Below, piece by piece: positions 44,948-52,042 of a stretch of DNA of 52,042 nucleotides (the stretch's first letter is position 1; every line of letters starts with the position of its first letter). The notes below the pieces were generated by a model, which had not been told where the DNA came from, searched no databases, and saw only the letters and a program-made list of their open reading frames with translations. A program made the translations under genes and the position numbers. The stretch is taken from IMG/VR virus record IMGVR_UViG_3300021475_000019, positions 1 to 52,042 of that record. One strand, given 5' to 3'. This DNA comes from a virus (taxonomy: Duplodnaviria; Caudoviricetes).

Positions 44948-45147
44948 ACCTTGATCAAGAGACGCTACGCCGACATTTCGTCAAGGGCTGTCTCGGAAAG
45001 CGGGGCTACAAGTCGGAAGGCGTGGCGCTCCGAGTGAAGGACCAAGCCCTGCAAAATAAGAGGGGGCTGTCGCGCAAGTACATGGCGGGAACGGAGCCTT
45101 ATCTCTGCAAATTCTGCGGCGAATGGCACCTGGGGCACCCATCATGA
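44944..45147 (+). CDS. Small Zn-binding hypothetical protein (strain B only)
   Basis: C..K..Y...PYLCKFCGEWHLGH. Replaces the MTase and alpha-CTD genes of strain A. Confidence 0.65.
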   Translation: MNLDQETLRRHFVKGCLGKRGYKSEGVALRVKDQALQNKRGLSRKYMAGTEPYLCKFCGEWHLGHPS

Positions 45148-45878
45148 TCCGCACGCTCGCTTGGTTCTCCTGTGGGGCGGCGTCAGCGGTCGCCACCAAA
45201 CTCACGGCCGAGGCCGAGCCGGTCTATTGCGAGACGGGGGCCGAGCATCCCGACAACGAGCGTTTTCTCGCTGATTGCGAGCAATGGTTCGGGCGCAAGG
45301 TGACGCGCCTCAAGTCCGACAGATACGCCGACACTTGGGACGTGTGGACAAAGCGCCGCTACCTCGCGGGCGTGCAGGGCGCGCTTTGCACCGTGGAGTT
45401 GAAGGCCGCGCCGCGCATTGCCTTCCAGAGGCCAGACGATATCCACATCCTGGGCTACACCGCCGACGCGGCCGACGTGACGAGGGCGAACCGGCTGCGC
45501 GAGACTTATCCAGAGCAGGTGTTCCTGACGCCGCTGATCGAGCGCGGCATCCTGAAGGAGCATTGCCTCGACATGGTTCGGCGGGCGGGCATCGCGCTGC
45601 CGCCGCTGTACGCGCTGGGCTTCCGCAACAACAATTGCATCCCCTGCGTCAAGGCGCAGAGCGCCGCCTATTGGGCGCTGGTGCGCCGCGAGTTCCCGTC
45701 TGAGTTCGACCGCATGGCGCGACTGTCGCGGGACCTTGGGGTCAGGCTCTGCAAGACGGCCAGCGGCGAGCGCGAACGCATATTCATCGATGAGGTCCCG
45801 CTCGACCAGCCGGTCACAGATCCCATTCAGCCGTCGTGCGACTTTCTCTGCCACCTCGCCGAGCAGGATTTGACATGA
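45144..45878 (+). CDS. PAPS-reductase-like PP-loop protein, allele B
   Basis: Homologue of 2709-3446. Confidence 0.7.
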   Translation: MIRTLAWFSCGAASAVATKLTAEAEPVYCETGAEHPDNERFLADCEQWFGRKVTRLKSDRYADTWDVWTKRRYLAGVQGALCTVELKAAPRIAFQRPDDIHILGYTADAADVTRANRLRETYPEQVFLTPLIERGILKEHCLDMVRRAGIALPPLYALGFRNNNCIPCVKAQSAAYWALVRREFPSEFDRMARLSRDLGVRLCKTASGERERIFIDEVPLDQPVTDPIQPSCDFLCHLAEQDLT

Positions 45879-46228
45879 TCCGCATCTCGTTCTCGGCCGC
45901 CAGCAAGCGCGCCATCGAGCGCCGCGCGACCAGCGCGATGAACGGCAAGACGTACTGCGAGCAGTGCGTCGCCGAGTGCCCGACGCGGGCCGACTACGAG
46001 ATCGACCATTGCGTGGCCGAGGGCGCGCTGGCGGCCAACGACAACAGGCCGCCGCTCACCGCCGAGGATGGCAAGCTTCTCTGCCTCAAGTGCCACGACA
46101 AGAAGACCCGGCGCGACGTGCGCGAGATCGCCAAGTCGAAACGCCTGGAGGGCAAGCATCGGCCCATCGACGGCGGGCCGTCGGAGATCGCCCGGCGCTA
46201 CCGCATCCCCCAGGAGCCCCACAGATGA
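45875..46228 (+). CDS. HNH endonuclease, allele B
   Basis: Homologue of 3443-3793. Confidence 0.8.
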   Translation: MIRISFSAASKRAIERRATSAMNGKTYCEQCVAECPTRADYEIDHCVAEGALAANDNRPPLTAEDGKLLCLKCHDKKTRRDVREIAKSKRLEGKHRPIDGGPSEIARRYRIPQEPHR

Positions 46229-46524
46229 TCGTACGCGCCCTTCTGCTCGCCCTGGTCCTTCTGGCCCCAGCGTCGGTCCCGGCGGCTGCTGCGTGCCACC
46301 ACTACTCGATCTGGAAGAACCCGTGGCCCCAGCGGTGCGGCGTGGCGCGTCAAGGACAAATTCGGACAATTTCGGACAAACTCGGTCAAGCGCAAGTTCG
46401 CGCAAATTCGCGCAAGCCCGACATCGCCTTGCCTCATCTCACAAGGAACGACTGCGTCGGCGGCGAAGCAGATGAATTGACGCGCGCCCGGCTGGAGCTG
46501 CTTGGATACGCCTATGCCCACTAA
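46225..46524 (+). CDS. Small secreted hypothetical protein, allele B
   Basis: Signal peptide + CHHYSIWKNPWPQRC. Confidence 0.6.
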   Translation: MIVRALLLALVLLAPASVPAAAACHHYSIWKNPWPQRCGVARQGQIRTISDKLGQAQVRANSRKPDIALPHLTRNDCVGGEADELTRARLELLGYAYAH

Positions 46525-46723
46525 GCACAACGGCCCCCTGATGGAGGACTACAAGCGGGCGCTGAAGGCCGCGAAATGGGCGGGCGTCAAGGCCGTGCGG
46601 GTCGAAATTGGCCAAGGCGCTATTGTAATGATTATGGACGACACTTATCTGGAGAAGTTGGCACTGGGCCAACCTCCCGCACCGGATAACGAGGTGAGGG
46701 AAAAACCAAAAGCACGCTGGTAA
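46514..46723 (+). CDS. Small protein upstream of integrase, allele B
   Basis: Homologue of 4191-4400. Confidence 0.5.
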   Translation: MPTKHNGPLMEDYKRALKAAKWAGVKAVRVEIGQGAIVMIMDDTYLEKLALGQPPAPDNEVREKPKARW

Positions 46724-46735
46724 GGGAAATTTATT

Positions 46736-47779
46736 ATGCCGAAACGTAGAGTAAGGGGCCTCTGCTCCGAGTTGAACCGACACGGCACCCGTGTCTGGTA
46801 CTACCGCGACGGCCATGGGCCGCGCAGCCGCATTCCCGGCCTCTACGGCTCGCCCGCCTTCAACGCCGCGCTGAACGCCGCCATGGGCCGCGCTACAACC
46901 CCCGCCGTGACGAGCGGCCTGACGCACACCGACAGCGGCTCGCTCGCTTGGCTCGTCGATCAGTTCCAGTCCTCGTCGGCCTGGAGCGCGACGAAGCCCG
47001 CGACGCAGAAGCAGCGCCGCAACATCCTCGCCCGCGTCGTCAAGGAGAACGGCTCCTACGCCGTCCGCGATCTCGACCACGCCTGGGTGGAGGACCTGCG
47101 CGACCTCGTCGCCGACGACGGCCGGGCGACCGCGATGGCCAACGCCGTCGTCAAGGTCCTGCGCGCGTTCTTTGAGTGGGCGACGCCGAAGCACATGCCG
47201 GTCAACATCGCGCAGAGCGTCAAGCTCATCGCGCGCGACGACCGCGTTGGCTTCCATTCGTGGACCGAGGTGGAGCTGGAGCGGTTCGAGGCCTACTACC
47301 CGCTCGGCACGCGCGAGCGGCTCGCCTATTCGGTCCTGCTCTGGACCGGCCAGCGGCGCAGCGACTGCGTCAAGTTCGGCAAGCAGCATGTCCTCCGCAA
47401 CGGACGACTGTTCCTGCGGCAGGGCAAGACCAACAATCCGGTGACGATCCCGATCATGCCGGAGCTGGCCGAGGCGCTCGCCGCCGGTCCCGTGGGCGAC
47501 CTCTGCTGGATCGTCGGCGACAAGGGCAACCCGCTCACCGCCGACACGTTCACGGGCTGGTTCCGCCAAGTCTGCGACAAGGCTGGCCTGCCGGAGTGCA
47601 GCGCGCACGGCCTGCGCAAGGCGGCGGCCCGACGGTTCGCCCTGGCTGGCGCGACCTTGGACGAGCTGAAGGCTTGGTTTGGCTGGACCGAGAACCGGAC
47701 GCCCGGCATCTACACTCGCGACGCCGACAACTCGCAGCTCGCCGACAACGCGGCGCGCAGGTTGACCAAGGCGGCGTGA
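46736..47779 (+). CDS. int: Tyrosine integrase, allele B
   Basis: TGQRRSD, HGLRK, GIYTR. Confidence 0.93.
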   Translation: MPKRRVRGLCSELNRHGTRVWYYRDGHGPRSRIPGLYGSPAFNAALNAAMGRATTPAVTSGLTHTDSGSLAWLVDQFQSSSAWSATKPATQKQRRNILARVVKENGSYAVRDLDHAWVEDLRDLVADDGRATAMANAVVKVLRAFFEWATPKHMPVNIAQSVKLIARDDRVGFHSWTEVELERFEAYYPLGTRERLAYSVLLWTGQRRSDCVKFGKQHVLRNGRLFLRQGKTNNPVTIPIMPELAEALAAGPVGDLCWIVGDKGNPLTADTFTGWFRQVCDKAGLPECSAHGLRKAAARRFALAGATLDELKAWFGWTENRTPGIYTRDADNSQLADNAARRLTKAA

Positions 47780-47784
47780 CGAAG

Positions 47785-47813
47785 AAGGGGGCCCCTGAGG
47801 CCCCCTTTTTTTT
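47785..47813. terminator. Intrinsic terminator
   Basis: aagggggcc-cctga-ggccccctttttttt. Confidence 0.85.
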
Positions 47814-47817
47814 ACCC

Positions 47818-48387
47818 TCAGACCTCCGCGAACCGCGAGGTCTTGCCGCGCCTGAGGCCCGCCCAGGCCAGACCGGCGAAGCCGATCAGCAGCATTGCCC
47901 AGGTCGATGGCTCCGGCGTCGTCACCGCCGTGATCGTGCCGTCAATCGCGATGTGGATAGGCGAGCCGCCGCTGATCCCCGACACTTCCGCAAAGTAGCT
48001 CCCGGCGCCAAGCACGTCAGGCGTCACGGTCGCGGCTTGCCCGCCGAGGAAGTTGATGAGCGCCGAACTCTCGATCAGCGAGCCCAGGGGTTCGAACGGA
48101 GACACGGACGCGGTCCCGGTCTGTGTGTTGAGCGACAGCACGCCGCCGACGATGCGCTGGGCGCCGATGGCGCTGTCGCTCACCGACACGGTGACCGTCT
48201 CGGTAGTCGGGAGCGTGAACTCGAAAAACTCCGAGAACCCGATGCCGCTGCCGGGCGTGTCCTGCGCGGGGAGCGCGAGGCTCTCGTTGAGGACCGCGCC
48301 GATGTTCTCGACGGTGATCTCGGCGGCGTGGGCAGGCGTGGAGCCGACAGCGAGCGCGAGCGCCCCGGCGAGAAGGATGGCTTTCAT
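47818..48387 (-). CDS. PEP-CTERM (PEPxxWA) protein, allele B
   Basis: Signal peptide and TPEPSTWAMLLIGFAGL...RRGK. Confidence 0.9.
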   Translation of the reverse strand: MKAILLAGALALAVGSTPAHAAEITVENIGAVLNESLALPAQDTPGSGIGFSEFFEFTLPTTETVTVSVSDSAIGAQRIVGGVLSLNTQTGTASVSPFEPLGSLIESSALINFLGGQAATVTPDVLGAGSYFAEVSGISGGSPIHIAIDGTITAVTTPEPSTWAMLLIGFAGLAWAGLRRGKTSRFAEV

Positions 48388-48449
48388 GGATGTTGCCCCT
48401 GGTTTGAAGGAGGCAGTTTTCTACCTGCTCATCATGACGATGGCGAGAA

Positions 48450-48660
48450 ATTTTATTCCCGCACCGATTTCTGGTGCGGGATTTTCTCCTCGGAAAGCCG
48501 CAGATTTGCTGGGGTCGGGGCCCCACATCGCATTCCGACGCGAAATTCGAGATTGTAGGAAAACCGGGCGTTTCCGAGGAAGTGCGGGATTTTTCGCCCT
48601 CCTGAAATCATTAACCCTTTTCTGCGCCCATCCCGCACCTTTTGGCCCGTAGGTGCAGAT
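48450..48660. other. Putative attP region, copy B
   Basis: Same four TCCCGCAC/GTGCGGGA sites and conserved centre as 6350-6550. Confidence 0.5.
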
Positions 48661-48739
48661 CTTTGGCCCGCACTGACATGGCGCTACGCGGGCGAAGTGT
48701 TATATGTTGGCCCAGAGACAACACGAAGTGAGACGAATT

Positions 48740-49532
48740 ATGGAAAGCCCTTTTGAAACTCGCCTGTACCGCGTCACCACCGGGACGACGTATGACCCGC
48801 CCAAGCGGGTCCGCGCTGAGACGCGCAAGGAGGCCGCAGAGATCGTTGCCAACCGCATCGCCAAACGATGGTACGGGCGCGCAGGCTACTGCCATCATGT
48901 GCGCTACGACTGCCGCACCATGGACCGCAAGACTGAGCATTACGAGGCGTTCGTCGGTCACACCGTGGGCAACGGCTGCGATGGTCGCCACATCTGGGTT
49001 TACGTGTCGTAATGGCACTGCAATTAGGCGCGCTGCGCGAGGCGCTGATCGAGGCGGGCGCGAGCCCTGACAAGGCCGGTAAGGCCTCCGAGGAGGTCGC
49101 GGGCTACGACAGCGACCTCAAGCTCCTGAAGTGGATGGTCGGCGGCGTCTACGCCGTCCTGGTCATCCTGGGAGCCCCGGCGCTGTGGCTCTTGCTGCGC
49201 GTCGCGGCGAAGGTGGGGGCGCTCGGATGACCGCGTACTACGTGGCGGCGAGCAACCGCTACTTTTGGCAAACCCTCGGCGTTCAGGCGACGAGCGCCGA
49301 GGCCGCAGCCGAGGCGTTCCGCGCCTACCTCGCCGCGCCCGCACAGCAGACGGCCCAGGCCTACGAGCTGGAGCAGGCCGAGCAATTCGGGTCCGACGGC
49401 TCCGAGGGCGAACTCGACCGCGCGAGCTACGTCTACGACTTCGACGACGGCATCATCGAGGAGTGCGACGAGCCCGACGCGCCCAAGGTCGGCGAGGCTG
49501 TGCGCATGCTCGACAGCGGGGGGAAGGGCTGA
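48740..49532 (+). CDS. Three strain-B-specific small ORFs (48740-49012, 49012-49230 membrane, 49227-49532)
   Basis: Coupled ORFs replacing 6648-6866 of strain A. Confidence 0.55.
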
Positions 49533-49688
49533 TGAACGCGCACTGGCCCACCGATAAAGTCCCCGGCGCGAGCCGGGCTCTGACCGAAAGCCGAGGCGGC
49601 CCTGCTGGCCCAGCTCCAGAGCCGCCCCCACGCCCTCAACAGACGCGAGCGCGATCTCCTGATCAAGCTCCAACGAAAGGTTAAGTGA
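49532..49688 (+). pseudogene. Frameshifted homologue of 6863-7021
   Basis: accgaaagccg versus accgaagccg in copy A: an extra A near 49588 (real or sequencing error). Confidence 0.5.
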
Positions 49689-49910
49689 ATGCACAGCGTT
49701 CTTGGAATTGCCCTCGCCGTTGTTGTTGCGGGATGGGCTTTCGACAGGCTGGTCGACGGGCGGATCGCCAAGCGCATGCGCCCGGCCGCCGCGCCCGCGC
49801 CCCCGAAGCCGCAGGCGGGCTTGTCTCTGCGGGAGGGCCTCACGCTGGTGGGCGCCGTCGTTTTCCTGATCGCCCTTATGGCCGTGGCCGGTCATTTCAA
49901 CCTGGGCTGA
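49689..49910 (+). CDS. Small membrane protein
   Basis: Two hydrophobic segments. Same slot as 7018-7284. Confidence 0.55.
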   Translation: MHSVLGIALAVVVAGWAFDRLVDGRIAKRMRPAAAPAPPKPQAGLSLREGLTLVGAVVFLIALMAVAGHFNLG

Positions 49911-49911
49911 A

Positions 49912-50778
49912 CTACTGCCCAGGTATCCACTGGTCCCAGGGCCCGGCCCCCTGCCGGAACGCCGACGAGCCGCCCAAAATACCGCTCTTGATCGCCTGCT
50001 GCGTCGCGGGGTTCTCCGCGAGTTTTTTCACGACCTCGCCACTCCCCTCGGTCAGGTTGTGCATGAGCGTGTAGCCGCCAAGCGCGGTCAGGATTTCATG
50101 GTAGCCCTCGCCGAACGCCTTGCGAGCGGCCATCGTCACGGCGGCGGCCGGGCCCAGGTCCATCACCCCCCTGGTGAGCTGCGGCAGGACAGCGGGGGCG
50201 GCCTTCGCGGCCACCCCACCGACGCCGCCCGCAATGCTGCCCATCGCCGCGTCGTCGGCCGCCGTCGTCCAGTCGTTGCCCTGGGCTTTGCTCTTGATCC
50301 CCTCATGCGCCGACCCGGCGAGAATGGACCCGCCGGGGAGCGCGTTGAGCAGCGTCGTCGGGCTCAGGACGTTGCCCGCCATATCCGCGCCCGCCGCCGC
50401 CACCGGGCCGAGCCTCTCCCTCGCCTTCTGGGCCTCGGTCCTGAGGCCCGGCAGCAGGTACATCGAGGCCTCATTTCCAGCAACATTCCCAAAGTCCTGC
50501 ACCGACTGCGGCATGATCACGTCGCCGAACCCAGGCTGCGGGAGCAGGCCCGGTCCCCACCCCTTGACGCCCCAGCCGCTGGGCGAGGCGGCAGCGGCGT
50601 TGGGAGTGGCGGGTGCGGGTGTGGGTGCTGCTGCAACGGGCTTCGCGCCCGTGGGATTGAAGTTGCTGAATGCGCCGCCGCTGGAGCTGGCTGCGGGAGC
50701 CTCAGCCTGCGGCGCTGCAACGGCTTGGCCTTTCTGCTTCGCGCCCGTGGGGTCGAAGTTGTCGAATGCGCCCGCCAT
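49912..50778 (-). CDS. Putative virion/ejection protein, allele B
   Basis: Homologue of 7289-8128. Confidence 0.6.
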   Translation of the reverse strand: MAGAFDNFDPTGAKQKGQAVAAPQAEAPAASSSGGAFSNFNPTGAKPVAAAPTPAPATPNAAAASPSGWGVKGWGPGLLPQPGFGDVIMPQSVQDFGNVAGNEASMYLLPGLRTEAQKARERLGPVAAAGADMAGNVLSPTTLLNALPGGSILAGSAHEGIKSKAQGNDWTTAADDAAMGSIAGGVGGVAAKAAPAVLPQLTRGVMDLGPAAAVTMAARKAFGEGYHEILTALGGYTLMHNLTEGSGEVVKKLAENPATQQAIKSGILGGSSAFRQGAGPWDQWIPGQ

Positions 50779-50781
50779 CGA

Positions 50782-52042
50782 TCACTCCAGCCCAGAGGTA
50801 TCGTAGCCGTTGTCTTTAAGGTGCTTGAGCGCGGAGCGCGGCCCGTAATGTTCCACGGCGTTCTGGAAATCGAGCTTGTCTTGCTCCGTCAGTTGCTTGA
50901 GGTTCTTGTTCGGCTGGACCGACTTCCCAATGGGGCCGCCAGGATCAAGGTCGCCGCCCGACTGATACATCGGATCAAGGTAGGGCTTGAGATAGCCGGG
51001 TATGTCGGAGAGCCTGCCCGCCGCGCCGTAGGCGTTAGCTTGCGCGGTGAGCGCGAGCTTGATTTTCGGCGCGATGACCTCGTCGCGATAATTGCCGATG
51101 CCAAAATTGGTATAGTCGTCAGGGTTCGCGCCCAAAGTTGCGAGGTTCTGGCCAACGCCCTTGGGACCGCCGCGCGCCGACAAGACCTTCGCCGTGCCAG
51201 CCAGCCCCTCCATCTTGCTGTGCAGATTGTAGGCCTCCGATCCTGGCGCCAAGCCCTCAAACCAACCTTTGCCGACGGCCTTCGCTGACCCGGTGATCTC
51301 GTCGAGTTTGGGCGAGTTCGAGACATCGGCAAGATCGTCGACGAACTTGCTCAGGCCTTGGTTCATGCCGTTGAACTGACCTTTCGCGTCGGTCAGGTCC
51401 TTTGTGTAGAGCGACCACTTCGTGGGGTCGGTCAGGTAGCTGGGCATCGGCCTGCCCTGGTTGGCCGGGTCGTTGCTCCATTGCGTGCGGGCGAAGGCCA
51501 TCGACTTCATGTCGCCGGTCATCCCCGGCAGGCCTCCGGTGATGATCATCGGCAGGTAGTTCTTCTGCCAATCCTCCTCCGCTGCGGCGGCGTCCTGCCC
51601 TTTGGCAGTTGCGCCCTTGATGAACTGATCATGCTCGAACTGGATGTTTCGCTGCGTGTCGGTCGGCTCCATCTTGGTGATGAGGTCCTTGCCGTTCCCG
51701 GCGAGAATTTGCGACTGCACGACGGCCAGCGGCAGGTTGAGCTTTGCGGCGATGTCGGGAGCCTGCGCCAGGAGCTGCTGGTTCGCCGTTTGCTGCTGCA
51801 TCGCGGTGTGCAGGCTCATCAGGTTGCCGACCGTCTGGCCCGCATCTTCGCCGCCGCCGGTCAGGCTCTGCATGATGGATTGGCGCATCGAAGGCGGGCT
51901 GTGGTTGGCGGCGATTAGCGCGAGGCCGCTATTGATCCCCTGCATCGCCCGGTCGCGCTGCTGCATCTGCATGTACAGCGACATGATGTTCGGCGGGTTG
52001 GCGAGCGTCTGGTAGCTCGCCGACATGTCGGGCGTCGACTGG
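50782..52042 (-). CDS. Putative ejection protein, allele B (5' truncated by window end)
   Basis: Homologue of 8132-9589. Confidence 0.65.
   Translation of the reverse strand, partial: QSTPDMSASYQTLANPPNIMSLYMQMQQRDRAMQGINSGLALIAANHSPPSMRQSIMQSLTGGGEDAGQTVGNLMSLHTAMQQQTANQQLLAQAPDIAAKLNLPLAVVQSQILAGNGKDLITKMEPTDTQRNIQFEHDQFIKGATAKGQDAAAAEEDWQKNYLPMIITGGLPGMTGDMKSMAFARTQWSNDPANQGRPMPSYLTDPTKWSLYTKDLTDAKGQFNGMNQGLSKFVDDLADVSNSPKLDEITGSAKAVGKGWFEGLAPGSEAYNLHSKMEGLAGTAKVLSARGGPKGVGQNLATLGANPDDYTNFGIGNYRDEVIAPKIKLALTAQANAYGAAGRLSDIPGYLKPYLDPMYQSGGDLDPGGPIGKSVQPNKNLKQLTEQDKLDFQNAVEHYGPRSALKHLKDNGYDTSGLE

Larger units (their letters stand above)
43235..52042. repeat. Diverged second copy (strain B) of region 1-9,368
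   Basis: 1-127 is identical to 43235-43361 and 9252-9368 to 51926-52042. Gene order between is the same, with substitutions and gene swaps. Confidence 0.95.

Noticed and set aside
43235-52042. True direct terminal repeat of the virion DNA
   Set aside because: The copies differ in sequence and gene content; terminal repeats would be identical.

Overview
High-GC temperate phage of an alphaproteobacterium (podovirus-type virion module: terminase, portal, scaffold, SU10/DUF5309-type capsid, adaptor, tail and ejection proteins, DUF3380 endolysin; tyrosine integrase; ERF + YqaJ recombination). One genome unit is about 43,234 bp. From 43,235 the window re-enters a diverged second version of region 1-9,368. 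This is most likely an assembly chimera of two co-occurring strains, and it gives a natural A/B comparison. The main discovery is a solo 198-aa Cas7/RAMP-fold gene (429-1025; second allele 43523-44119) flanked by long arrays of 5-nt units: a near-constant triplet (GGC, sometimes GGT/NGC) plus a variable dinucleotide. Ten such arrays occur in the window. Four are stand-alone cassettes of 14-19 units antisense to the late genes, each with its own sigma70-like promoter and 3' hairpin. The protein is about 94% identical between strains while the flanking arrays are largely rewritten. This fits a CRISPR-less, RNA-guided system in which the NN dinucleotides carry the information, resembling my unverified recollection of the 'VIPR' GGY/NN systems. 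Other notable items: PEP-CTERM cargo next to a probable attP, an RNAP alpha-CTD mimic, a methyltransferase/PAPS-reductase-like pair, a dual peptidoglycan-hydrolase ejection protein, ssrA-like C-terminal AA and ANDN motifs, a 14-bp operator family, and no recognisable replication gene. All protein family calls come from motif recognition by eye, not database searches.
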